58,067 nucleotides of DNA from Girardia tigrina (taxonomy: Eukaryota), in the NCBI GenBank assembly GCA_001938485.1, contig MQRK01208160.1, positions 1 through 58,067 on the forward strand. The letters are read 5' to 3'. Below, piece by piece: positions 13,117-26,078 of the stretch; within the stretch, counting starts at the first letter, position 1, and the number at the start of each line of letters is the position of its first letter. The translations under genes were made by a program, and so were the position numbers. A model generated the notes under the pieces. The model was not told the DNA's origin, made no database searches, and saw only the letters and a program-made list of their open reading frames with translations.

Positions 13117-15696
13117 TAAAATACGGGAAGTATTTGAATGAGAGATCGATAAACTTTTCGAAGTTGGACCGGAAAATCAAATGATTGACCGAACATTGTG
13201 CCAATTTTGAAAATATAGTATAAATAAATTAAATAATTAATTAAAGTAAAAATTAAATAATTTTAAATAATTAAATAACTTTAAAAAGAGTAAATATAAA
13301 TTAAAATTAAAAATTAAATAATAAAATAATTTAATCAACATTCCAAAAGTGTGCGTTTGTTTAATAGGTTTAAATAATTAAGGTTTAAAATAATACAAAT
13401 ATTTTGAGATTGATTTGAGATTTTACATGTGACTGAATTATTCGTTGAGTTGTAAAAAAATGTAGTAAAATTTGTTCTGTAATGTTTGAAAAAAAAAGTG
13501 ATTCGATTCTCCTCTGTCATTGCTTGAGCTGTAATGTAAAAAATGGTGCAAATAAATGTGTGTAAAACAATTGTCGAATTTGTAAAAAAATCAATCAATT
13601 TTCGAATTCAAATTTTTAATATTAAAGTTTTGAAGAAAAAGTGGTTCCAATTTGGATTAATAAAAGTTTTTTTGAAAAAAACGTCTTTGATTTTTTAATG
13701 AATTTTTTCAATCTTCTTGAATTTTTTTTTAAAATTTTTTGAATTTTTTTTTAATTTTATTTAAAATCTTCTGTTATAAAAACGTTTGTCAATTCAATTT
13801 CAAAAGGCTATTTTAATTTGTGTAATGTTGATTTAGACGATTCTGATGATTTGATTGGGAGTAGCGATAAGAAAAACCAGTTGGAAAAAAAATTGTAAGA
13901 CTTTCACTAATAAAGCCTATGGAATTTTCAGCACAAGGAAATTCAATATCCATTCGTTTAATGATTCAATTTCAAGTTCGTTAAATAAAATGAAATCTCA
14001 AATTCCTAAAGATTTCAAATTTTCTAAACTTAAAAATAAAACCAAAGCCGAATCAAAAGTTTTAGAAATATTTTATACAGAAGTACTATAAAATTTTAAG
14101 TCAAGAAAGCACACTAGGTCAAACGAAGCAAGGTGGTCAAGGAAATGGGAATTATTAAAAAATATAGTATTATTAATGAGTAACATGATGTTACAGGTTG
14201 TTAGATACCATTACACTATTAAGTGCTAATGCTTAGGGGTTCAGTGACAGAATAGAATTTAGGAGACTGTCAGTAAAATGAAAGCACATCTTATTCTTAC
14301 AAAACTTCATTGTCGATAACCGCTGCTCACATTTATAAGTGCTGTCAAGCATTACATTTACATGATGTGTACGGGATAAGAAAATTGAAAATGAGCATGT
14401 TGTAGGGACGGTAGAAAGTAGTAATGGAGTAAGTTATGACACGAGTACGAAAACCGTGACAATTCAATTTTGCCAGATCCTACAATTAATTACTAGTCTA
14501 ATGTTTGGTCGGACTGTAAGGTCATATTTGGGATAAAGGTTGGAGTTTGTCGACGTCTATATTAAAGATTCAGAGTTATTCCAAAAATGATATCCAAAAA
14601 TTTCAAAATCCAAAACTTTGCTATGATTGATGTAGTAAAATGTTGAATATTGTTTTTAATCTACACTTTCGATCATTTCTTTCATTTATAGTTTTTCCAA
14701 ATCGTTCTTTTACTTATGTTCTCCTATATAGACTATTTACAATTTTATGCAAACTTACATATATATTTAATAATTTAACAAATATTATAATAAAAATTAT
14801 TTAAAATTTTTGTTTCTGCGATCTACGTTTCTTAAAAAAAAATATTAGATACGAAAAAGGCAAATAAAAATTAGTGATAATTATCATACTTATAATTATT
14901 AAAAATAATAAATAATCCATATTGTACAAATTTCTACTTCTAAAATAATAAAATTTTTCTTTTAATTAAATTTTGATTCATCATTGATATAACGAGAAGA
15001 TATAATTAAATAAATTAATTAAATAAAAAAAATTCTTTTAGCAATAATTAACATTTATATATAAATAATCAAATTATTTCAAATTCTTTAATATTTAATT
15101 TTCAGGAAAATTTTGTTACGATTATAGTTAAACTTTTATACTTTATTTTAAAAATTATTTCTATGTTTTTCAATGACAATTTTGAAAAGGAAAAGAAAAA
15201 TCAGTTTACTTTTCAATGATGGAATTTGTATAAAGAATTGAATTTTTATTTACTGAGTTTTGAGATAAATAAATTTAACTCAATAAATTTATTTATTATA
15301 TAAATTATTTTTTGATAAATTTAATTTTTAAAGTTGAATTGAGTATTTTTTTATTAATTACAATTTATTTTTAGAAATTTATGCTAGAATTATTAATTTG
15401 TGACAAAAAATTTGAATAAACAATTTTGATACGTTTTAAGTTACATAAACATCTTCATTCTGAACAAATGCAAAATTATTTTTTTTATAAAAATAGTAAA
15501 TTTTTTTTTATATTTTTAGTATTTTTACAATTTAAAATTTTACAAAATAAAATATATTTAACATTTTTTAATCTTTTTTTTAATATAAATTTAAAAATTT
15601 GAAGTAACCCATGTATTTTAAATGCCATTTTGTGAATGATTTAAAAGATGCACAATTACTATTTACAATAATATTTATTAAGTTTGAATAGAGTCC

Positions 15697-15860
15697 GTGA
15701 GTGAAAATTAATAATGTTGTTATTTTGTTGTTTGTATGCTGTTTAGATTGGTGACTCACCTACTGAGATCGGATTGATATGTTATTGATTAATTATTTAA
15801 ATCGTATGAGATTGATTTAATGAGATTAATGTCTAAATACTAATTAATTAAAAGTTTTGT
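15697..15860 (+). repeat. partial LTR, homolog of 27790-28230 and 42665-43503
   Basis: Shared block TTGTTTGTATGCTGTTTAGATT.GTGACT..CCTAC...GATTGATAT. Confidence 0.6.
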
Positions 15861-16859
15861 AATTTGAAATTTTAATAATACTTTTAAGTAAAAAAAATTT
15901 AACTTTTTAAGTTTATTCCGAGAAAAGTCAAAAGCAAAAAGGAAGACATCATAATAACATAAACTCTCTGATGAAGGTCGACCTAATTCTAATGAGTTTG
16001 TTGAAAATAAGCTTTTCTATTTGTATTATAAAAGCACAAAAATACTCTTACTAACTGAATATTAGAATGAATAAATTGTTTTTTATGACTTTTGCTGACA
16101 CGGTTTAAAAAATTATTGAAACACAATTAACATTATGAAGAATTAAAACTTTTAACAGAAATTATTAATCATTCAAAAATTTAATTATTTTAAAAATTTT
16201 AAACATTTAAATTCTCTGCACATATAAAAGTTGAAATTTTTAATTTCATAAAATGAGATACGATAAAATTATTTTTTTAGTAATTATGAATTTTAAATAA
16301 TAATATTCGATTTCGAAGGATTAACTGTCATCATCAAACAATGCCAACAATAAAATAAATATCATTTACAAAAGAGACATTCATTTAATCATAATTTTAT
16401 AACTAAATCAAAAAAGTACTTTAAAAAAATTGTAGAAGAGTTCTTAAATTGATTTTAGGTTCAAACGATTTAATCGTCAATGCCTTTTCAAACCTTAATT
16501 CTCTATGAATATTTAGTATTACGTGAATACAGATTCTTAAAATTACTTAAATCAACTTGAGTTATTAAATCAATGAGTTATTTGGAAACTGGAATTATGG
16601 CCGCATTGTGGTATGTGATACTGGACTGAATTAACGCAACCAGTTATACTTTATGTAAAAACTCACCAATACTGTGTGTATATTTATTTTTATTTTTCTT
16701 TCATGTAAACATTTTTATTGTTTTTGTATATTTCTGACAACTTTTGTTCTTATATATCTACATATTTTTTTGTGATATGTTTTATTTTTCGATATGGATG
16801 TAAATTATTATTAATCGTTATTAAAAAAATTATATTCAGACTAAATTAATCAAACGACA

Positions 16860-17976
16860 AAAGTTTCCCTGGGTTTGATTAGTTTAGTCGAGTATCTGTT
16901 ACTATCGAAATATTTTTAATTTTACCGCAGTTAATATTCTTTCTTTGCATATCATTTATTTGAAGACAAAGCAAGAATTTTACACTTTACAAGACTCAAA
17001 GATGGATTTCAATACAGTTGTGTAACTCTGCAAATCATTAATTGAATTTATTGACCAGCAACGGAATGACTTTAGAACTTATGAACTGCGAGGAAATCTC
17101 CATAGTGATAATTCGACTTACAGAGAAGACAATATAAGGAAATGAAAACGGAAGAAACAGTTTGATAAGGGCAACGTTGATGAAACGGAGTTCAATCATT
17201 CTGATCGATTCAAAACTCAAGTCTTCTTACTTACACTTGACAAAATTTGAAGTTCCATAGTACATTGTTTGGCAGCATACGAAGGCTGAACCAAACTGTA
17301 GGAATTTTGAAGAATCTAGAGCATGCGTCACCTGATGTGATTTGGTCAGCACTCTCTTGAGTTCAGCAAAAATTTCCAGATGATTTTGAAGATTCTGTAG
17401 CACAGGAATTGCTTCATTTTGCTGCATTTGTCAGAAATCTCCCAAGGATGTATCATCCAGAAACATGTCAGCCAGAACTATAATTATTTCTTACTATCGT
17501 TGAGAATACGACAAAATGCAGGTCAGGGAAGAAGGCATACATCGTACCTATCTTCCATAACTTCTTAATGTAGAAACGGTTCTCAAACTATTCCTCTGCA
17601 TGACGAAAACAAACTTTACAGGAGAACGAAGTTTTTCTACCTTGAATAGAGTGATGAACTCATTAAGATCAAAAATGGTAGACGTTCGATTGCATATACA
17701 TTTTTTTGCTTGATGAATATTGAGTTTGACATTTTGCGCGACATTGACGTCATGATTTCGCCGACCGAATGGCTCGAAAAGTAAATGTGGTTTAATACGT
17801 GCTGCAAATTTTAACTAAATGTTTTAGTCTATAGTTTACGTTACTGTCGCCTGACTTGACAGGGTTTTAAAGAAAGCAAGAAATGTTTTGAACTAATTTT
17901 TAGTGGTCAAAAATTAATAACATCCGGCCCACAAAAGTTCTTTGCCCCCGCCTCCAGGATCCTTAATACGGCAATG
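16860..17976 (+). mobile_element. hAT transposon 3' relic (dimerisation domain and terminus)
   Basis: LFLCMTKTNFTGERSFSTLNRVMNSLRSKM..RL..MNIE motif. GC-rich terminus CCTTAATACGGCAATG. Confidence 0.75.
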
Positions 17977-18853
17977 TGTTGAATAATATTATTTTAAATT
18001 TTTCATTAAAATTTGTTGCTGTATTTGGTTGTTAAGGTGACAAACAATACATACTTCCATATATATGCTGCAATTCACCCAACCCATTTAGACTATTTCT
18101 GATTATATCAGTAAAGAATATAAATTTAAAAATAAAGATTTGGATATAACAAAAAATTAAATAAGTTACGGAGATTTTTTGGTGTCAAAATATATTACAA
18201 ATGCAATGATAAATTTAGGAAGTATAAGTGAGGAAGAAATAGACTTATTAAAATTTGGTTCTAAACTTAGGATTATACTATGATTTAGGATCTTAGAAAA
18301 TATGTAAAAATATCATTATCATTCAAAATTCGATTATCTGAAATAAATTAAATTATGATCATTTTTGTTGTAATCAAAACTTATTTTTAAAGTACATAAA
18401 ACTTTATTATATTATTATTTTACTTATATATTATATCAATCTTTTTATGTATTTTATTTTAAACCTCTCTTTTTGTTTCTTATCTTTATGATTTTCGTAT
18501 TTAATTGTACAAATTAATCTGTATGACATTAATAGCAGTTACTATTGATCAACAAGCAGAAAAAAAAGACAGAAAAAAAGAAAAAAAATTAAGAACAAGA
18601 ATCATTATTTAATTCAGGAAATTAATAATAAAAATATTATTAATCGCGGATCTAAGGCGATCAGAATGATTTATTAAAATTAAAGAAAATAAAATCAAAA
18701 ATGATTTATCGCATCACAATAATTAATCGTATGGAATTAAATTATCGTTATTCAAAAATAATTAGAATATTGTAATTGTTGGTACTATAAATTGAAAAAG
18801 GAAGAAAGTCGTTCATAAAAAGCATTATTATATACTCAAAAATCTTTAATTAA

Positions 18854-19302
18854 CCTTTTCGCGACGTTCTACTTTCCTATTAACCCTAGAAACCTTACCG
18901 GGGTGAACCACAACTCCACATCAAATTTAATTTTTGTGGTGAAATTTGTGTTGCATGTAATAAATAAAGTATATGAATTTCATATTTCAGGTATTTTTAA
19001 TTATTATCACCATATAAGATCATTTAAATATTAAAAATATATAGGGGTATTGGTGCACCCCGGGTAAGTGTTAACGATTGTTCAATATGCCTAAGGGCTC
19101 TAGGGTTAAGTATGCCCATAAGACGGGCAGTTTTCAAGATTTGCAGAATATTACGATCTTTTTAGTTGTAGCATAAATTTACCAAAAAAGTACCGAAATC
19201 GGCGTCTCTACAAGACTATTGTACTAAATTAAAAATATAAATTATTCGACTATTTGTAACATTTTCTTATCATGGGAATATACGGTTCTTGGCTCGAAAA
19301 GG
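18854..19302. mobile_element. piggyBac-type MITE (outer element)
   Basis: TTAA|CCTTTTCGCGAC ... GGCTCGAAAAGG|TTAA. Confidence 0.75.
18884..19105. mobile_element. piggyBac-type MITE nested in the outer one
   Basis: TTAA|CCCTAGAAACCTTA ... TAAGGGCTCTAGGG|TTAA. Confidence 0.8.
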
Positions 19303-20504
19303 TTAAAGACTTTTCAGGAAAAAAATTGTTGAGTAAAATAAAACCTTCATTTATTAGAAGATGTATTTTAAAATTACTTCAAAATTTGTTAAAACAATTA
19401 ATTATCATGTTTTTTAATCTTATATAAATTTAAACCTTTCTAAGATTTTACGACAGTCAAAAATTCTAAAGAAAATATTAGAAAAAAACCAAACAATCAA
19501 TTGGGAAATGATCACAAGAATTATTATAAACATTTATTTATAAAAGAGATTTATTATCAAAACAGAAATTTACAAACAACTTACAAAATTGCTGCTGAAA
19601 TTTTCGATGGTCGAACTGACGGCGAGAGCTTGTGAAATAAAAAAAGGAAAGAAAAGTTAAAGAAAATGTACACAGAAAATAAAATTCTCAAAAAATTTTT
19701 ACAAGCAGAATTATTTAGGAAATTTAGAAAAGCTGGTATTGCTGTTTCTCAAAGCTGAATATAAAAATGTTTGAATATAAAAATGAATATACTCGAAAAA
19801 TAATTGACCGGATTCCAGACGAAACTAGAGGAAAAAATTTAGATATTCCGTGAAATTCGATTAATTTTTAATCGGAATTTCGCTTTTCTTGGTAAAAACT
19901 GGTAATGGGTGTAATCTCACAAACATTGAAGAAACATCCTATAAATACTGTAAGCCGTTTTAGGAACATATATTATTAGGTAATGGAAGTAATATTCCTA
20001 GATTATTCTAGGTTATTTTGACTAATTATGAGTTTAAAACATTAATTGTTGATTGTAGCAAAACATTAAATACTTAATAAATAAATTCCTAAATATATAA
20101 CTACTTTTAAAAAACAATTGGAACTGAATGAATATATTTACAAAATAATACTAAAGTTTCTATTTTTCAATGACAAAAATATTTCTTATATTACAAAAAA
20201 ATTAAAATTTTAAATTGTTTAAAAATATTAAATTTATTGAATATTATTTATTATTATTAAATTATTTTCATATTATTAAAAATTAATTTTTAGTTATTAA
20301 ATATATATTTTTATTACTTTAATTGTTTTATAAACTTAGTAAATCACGTGGATAATTAACATTACCTATTCTTTTGAATTATTTGAGAATTTTTTTTTAT
20401 TTTGATCAGATGGAGAATTTATTTTTTGATCTGAAAATGTTAAAAGAATAGGTTATAGTAAACCATCGGTGGTTAGTCATATTTGTGGGTTTAAAGTTTA
20501 TTAA

Positions 20505-21592
20505 AACGCCATTAAAAAATCCAATTTATTGCAATGTATTTTGGTGGATTTTCTATCATCTTCAGGCTGAATTGACAACAATTTCGCTGTCTTATATATA
20601 GCAAATTGATGATTATGCAAACATCTTGCATTATAACTAATTAAATAATTTCAACAAAGTGGAAGAGATAATAATGCCTAAAAGTCATTAATGTCTCACG
20701 AGTAACTCTTTCCCAATAATTTTTAAAATTACTGCACAATATTTTAAAATTAGTTGTTTTCACCTTCGATTTACAACCATTCATATGTACAGCAATATTA
20801 CTCCCACTACCCAATCGTCCGTGCTCCTGAATTCGTTTACAGAGATGACGAGACGTTTCTCCAATGTATGTGGCGTTGCACCCATCACATGAAAATTGAT
20901 AAACCGGATTGGAACATAAACTGAAAGGGGTACGAGATTTATTTGTGAACATACTTTGAATTTTGTAAGATTTAGAAATGATTTTTAAATTCAAATTTTT
21001 ACTATCGATTGATTTTAAAATAGACGATTTAAATTTTTTGTAATCTTCTGAATAAGGAACAATATCCAATATTAGAATTTTCATTAGATAATTTATCGGG
21101 TTTTAATTCGTCTTTACCTTCATGTTCTTTATTCATTAGTTTATCTATCGTCTCATTAGTAAGTTTCTCTAAAAACGATTTCGAATAGCCATTTTTCTGC
21201 AATAGTTCTGTTAGTTGATCTATGCTTGCATCTGCTATTTTATATGTTGATGATAGAGACCAAATTCTAAATAACAAACCTATTATCATACTTCCATTAT
21301 ATTTAGATTCACAGAAGCTTTTACTAGTAGTACTAGAAATCAACTAATTTTAGGGAAAGATTTACTTATGAGGCATTATTGATTAAATCACTTAATCCGT
21401 GCATTAATGTCCAAACAAGTCTCTCTTTCACTTTGTTGAAAATATTTAATTAGTTATTACGCAAGATGTTTGCATAATCATCAATTTGCTATTTATAAGA
21501 CAGCAAAATTGTTGTTAATTCAGCCTGAAGATTTGTGGAAAATCCACCGAAATATATTGCAATAAAATTCGATTTCTTTTTAATGGCGTTCT
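20505..21592 (-). mobile_element. 5'-truncated Penelope-like element with inverted pseudo-LTRs
   Basis: GIY-YIG ORF 20641-21084 (VYQFSCDGCNATYIGETSRHLCKRIQEH). Upstream linker ORF 21029-21343. 20505-20668 is the reverse complement of about 21422-21590. Confidence 0.9.
21519..21560 (+). ncRNA. minimal hammerhead-ribozyme-like motif in pLTR (degenerate inverted copy at about 20531-20570)
   Basis: CTGAAGA-TTT-GTGGA-AAA-TCCAC-C-GAAA-TATATT: core boxes, stem II and palindromic stem III. Stem I is very short. Confidence 0.55.
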
Positions 21593-22649
21593 TCATTTTA
21601 ATAAAAATTTGCCATTATTTTTAAATTTCTTATTAAAAATTAAATTATTATTATGAGGGGTTAGTTTTAAGTTTCGCTAAAATAGTTTATTATTTTTTTA
21701 ATTTGAAAATTTAAAAGAAATAAATTAACAATTACAATGTAGAGTAAAAATATGATAATAAATACTTATTTAAAATATGTTTACAGTAATAACAATTNNN
21801 NNNNNNNNNNNNNNNNNNNNNNNNNNNNNNNNNNNNNNNNNNNNNNNNNNNNNNNNNNNNNNNNNNNNNNNNTTTTAATAAAATGGTTATTGTAAATTTA
21901 AATTAATTAGTTTTATGATTAAGTTTCGTAAGAATGTAAAATTTGGTTACATTAAAAATTTGTAATTTTTTTGTAAAAAAATGTAAATTATTTAAGGTAA
22001 ATTTTTTGTAAAATTTTTGTAAAAAAATGTAAGATTATTTAAGATTTAAATTTTCTTATATTTTCAAAATTTAATCGAAAAATTTAATGAACTAATTTTG
22101 GGCGTAATAATTGAAGTAACAAGAAATTTGTTTAAGTATATGAATTGTGAATATTAAATAAATTTTTGTGGTGTTAAATTATGACTTTAGAATGTGATAA
22201 TAATGAAAGTGGCATAAACGATACTTACAATTATGATAAAACTAAAAAAAATGTTTACAAAAATGTTTATAAAAATCGATATATTTTAATAGTAAAATAA
22301 AAAAGAAAAGTTTATAAATAATAATTTTATAAACGGATTAAAAGTTATAATATTTTTCAGAAATTATTTTTTAAATAGTGTTTTTCGTAAATTAAAATTT
22401 TGTAGTTTTATGATAAAATTTATAAATATAATTTTAAAAAAAATTTTATAATTGTAAGGTAAATTTTAAAAACTAAATTGAGACAAAAATTTAATAAACG
22501 GCATTTAATAAATGAAATGATTAACGAGAAATTTATTTATATATGTATATAATTTTTTTTAATAAAGTTTTGCAATAATTATGACTTCTGAAATTTCGGA
22601 TACAGAAAATGGTATAAACGCTACTTACAACTGATATAATATCTTAATC

Positions 22650-22860
22650 GATCAATTAATATCCAAACAAGTTTTTCTTCCGTTTTGTTTAAATAATTGA
22701 ATTAGTTAATGCATGTCGCTTTTAGATTTGTCATTTTGATATGCTAATCACCACAATTGTTGATAATTAAATCTGAAGATGGTAAAAAATCCACCGAAAT
22801 ATATCACGTAAAGTTTTTTTAAAAAATATCTAAATTGTATTTTATAAAATGGCATTTGTA
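22650..22860 (+). mobile_element. solo Penelope pseudo-LTR with hammerhead-like core at 22773-22806
   Basis: INIQTSFSSVLFK ORF tail followed by CTGAAGATGGTAAAAAATCCACCGAAATATATC, homologous to 21405-21590. Confidence 0.65.
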
Positions 22861-23222
22861 ATTATCACAATTAAAATTTGTTAAATTTATTTAAAAGTTT
22901 TGTTTTCTTGATTAGAAAAGATTTTATAATACTAATGTACTGTAATATATAATAGCAAATCTTCTATCGAAAGCTTTCCCTAGGAAAAATAGGAGAAAAT
23001 TTCTATTTTTTCTTTTATAAATGTAAAATACACAATTTCTCTACAGAAATAAACGACTTGTGTTCCCATCAACAAGTGACTGTTGAATGCCATAGTTACT
23101 GTTCCCTTGTTTACACTGATTTTAGATGTCAATTTGTGTTTACTAAGACGGTTATTTAACTATTTGACATTCTTTACATTCTAGGTTATAAAGAGCTTAA
23201 TGAAACTCAAATAAATACTCAC

Positions 23223-24717
23223 CATTGAAACTATGTTTAATAAGATCCTCATAGAAATCTTTCCCGGGAATGTTGTTTAATGCTGCGATACATTTAAGTA
23301 AATTGAAAGGTTGACAGAGTTTCTTTTGAAATCTATTTAGTGTGTACGCCACAGCGTAAACGGCATCATAAACTGATTGAATTTTCGATTCATGTTTAAA
23401 AGTTTTTAATTTATTATACAAATTAAAATTAGAACATGGTTTCTTAGTTCTCTTGGATTCTCGTCGTGGTAGTCGAATTAATCTTTTCAAAGAATATATA
23501 TTAGGATTTTCAGTAAAATTCCGAAAATACGAATGGCGATATATCATTTTATCAATTGATCTTCGAACTATTCTTTTTGGAATATCAGATTTACAATCAA
23601 AGATTTCTTCCCAATATTCACTAAACCAAGGATTGTGAAGATTTTTGTAGCTTAGTGAACGATAATATGTAGTGAAATTTTTTATTTCTAGAGATTTTAC
23701 TTCAAATGTTAAAGCTCCATTTGCAACTTTACTGTTGTTTGTCACTGGACCATTTTCTTTTCCCCAGCCGTCACTGGCAATCCATAAAAAATGATTTGTC
23801 AAATTCATACTTGTCACGGCATTTAGTAAAAGTCTTGTGTGATCCAACCTTGTGAATAGAACGACGACTCTTGTCTTACTAAATTCTTGATAGAGAGTTT
23901 TAACAATAGCTAGTAAATCTGAATTAATAGGACTTTGTTTTATCATTTCTTTTGCTGCAATACAAACTCCTAATTTGCGACTCTCTTTCCAAAAAGCATC
24001 TATTCCACTATCGCCATAATCACCACTACTGCGAACCGTCGACACATATGTCCAATTATAGAAAGCTACCAAAGTAGCCATGGCTTTGGCTTGTTGTTGG
24101 TCTGACGGAAGAGTTCTGGCAAAAAATGGATGAGTCTTCTTCTCGCTTAGAAGAGCACTTGTAGATGCATAACTTATAAGTGGAATATGAAAGAGTTTTA
24201 ATAAATTAGCAACTAATATCGAAACAGAAGAATATGATCCCCCAATTACAGATCTGATCTTTTGCAATTTTTGAGTATGCCTGGAAGCTTCACTTCCATC
24301 TTTACAATAATAATCAGAAGCATCATTATTATCCGAAAGAGAAGACTTAATAAAATCCAATGATTGTTGAAGAGCATATGTATCTTTTGAGCATGTGTCT
24401 AAAATCCTAGCACCAATAGTAATATTTGGTAGAATATCCTGGCGACTGTTTATTTCTTTGATGGTAAAAATCATAGCTTCTAATCTTTGAATACCGCGAT
24501 CTGCATTAATTTTTTTACAAAACTCAGTTTCCGTATCATGAACGGGAAACAATCCCCCAAGAATAATATCCCCAGGATAAATTGCTGTAAGATATTTGTT
24601 TTCAATTTCAGAAACGGCAGATTTTACTACTACAAACCACAAATAATAAACAAAAATCGACAAGTTCAAATCAAAAATTCGAAAATACATTTGAAAATGG
24701 AAATTTATTAAATGCAA
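23223..24717 (-). CDS. metabotropic glutamate receptor (class C GPCR), first coding exon: signal peptide and most of the Venus-flytrap domain
   Basis: Uninterrupted reading frame of about 500 aa with GDIILGGLFPVH, GIQRLEAM, GARILDTC, GSYSSVSI, ISYASTS, FARTLPSD, GDYGDSG, WIASDGW, NPWFSEYWE, ESKIQSVYDAVYA. Donor TTCAATG|GTGAGT at 23223/23222. The true ATG may be the second Met (about 24687). Confidence 0.95.
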
Positions 24718-25067
24718 TTACAGAGTAAATACTGTTTCCTATCTTGATAAGAAACTTCTTCTAGATCTGTTATAATGTTAGGGAGAAATCTGTTGTAATT
24801 GGAGGAGAAATTGAACGAATTACTGATAAAAGATGAAGAGAAAGGCCTCTGACTTTTTATACTTATTTNNNNNNNNNNNNNNNNNNNNNNNNNNNNNNNN
24901 NNNNNNNNNNNNNNNNNNNNNNNNNNNNNNNNNNNNNNNNNNNNNNNNNNNNNNNNNNNNNNNNNNNNNNNNNNNNNNNNNNNNNNNNNNNNNNNNNNNN
25001 NNNNNNNNNNNNNNNNNNNNNNNNNNNNTTAAACATTTTTTAAAATGTACCAATTATATATATATAT

Positions 25068-25890
25068 ATAATGAAAAGAAAGGACATTTTTGAATATTAA
25101 ATTTATTTTCAATACATACGTGTTTCACCATTTCGGCATCTTCAATGCAATGAAATAAAGTGATTAATTACTATTTATATAGTTGAAAAACTATTACATC
25201 ATACGTCACAAAAACATGCTTTTTTCCTATTTTTAAAAAAAAGTACTTTAATGATATTTAAAATATTTAAAAAAACTTTAATATGATTAGATGAATCACC
25301 TTGTACGTTTAAGTATGGTTCATGATGCTTTATTAACAATAAATGCCGGAACTATTTCTCCAACAAATCAAAAACTCCTTTGTGTATTAAGGCAAATCTA
25401 GTTTATCAATTCAAATGTCACAAGTGCCTTGTACATTGGAGAGACAAGTCGTCATCTCTGCACTAGAATTGCTGAACATACTCAATCGAGTAGAAATAGT
25501 TCGATATTGAGCCATATTAAAAGATGTAAAGGTAATCTTATGGATTACAATAATGATTTTAAAGTGATTTTAAATAATTTTGAAAACAAATTATGAAAGG
25601 ATTATTGCCGAAGCATTGTTAATAAAGCATCATAAACCATGCTTAAACGTGCAAGGTGATTCATCTAATCAAATTAAAGTTTTTTAAATATTTTTAAATA
25701 TCATTAAAATACTTTTTTTTAAAAAGAATAAAAAGCATGTTTTTGAGACGTATGATGTAATAGTTTTTCAATTATATAAATAGTAATTAATCACTTTATT
25801 TCATTGCACTGAAGATACCGAAATGGTGAAACGTGTTTGTATTGCGAATAAATTTAATATTAAAAAATGGCCTTTCTTTTTATTTTTATT
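25068..25890 (+). mobile_element. truncated Penelope-like element with about 275-bp inverted pseudo-LTRs, inside (TA)n
   Basis: The core 25341-25687 reads NLVYQFKCHK..YIGETSRHLCTRIAEH..IIAEALLIKHHKPCLNVQG. 25068-25340 is the reverse complement of about 25614-25890. Confidence 0.9.
25804..25842 (+). ncRNA. minimal type-I hammerhead ribozyme motif (inverted copy at about 25112-25150)
   Basis: TGCA-CTGAAGA-T-ACC-GAAAT-GGT-GAAA-CGTGT-T-TGTA: stem I (TGCA/TGTA), both core boxes, stem II and short stem III. Confidence 0.7.
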
Positions 25891-25913
25891 AAAAATACCA
25901 TTATCAGTTCTAG

Positions 25914-25952
<39 letters not shown>

Positions 25953-26078
25953 NNNNNNNNNNNNNNNNNNNNNNNNNNNNNNNNNNNNNNNNNNNNNNNN
26001 NNTATATATATATATATATATATATCAATGTTTATATTTGATTTTAACTAATTAGAAATTTGAAAAATTAATTATTAT

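Noticed and set aside
14170-14620. GC-richer block as a candidate downstream mGluR exon (also 4500-4800, 55500-56000)
   Set aside because: No sustained ORF and no cysteine-rich or 7TM motif recognised on either strand.
15966-15992. CTGATGA followed by the palindrome AGGTCGACCT (hammerhead-like)
   Set aside because: No GAAA box after the stem and no stem I or III.
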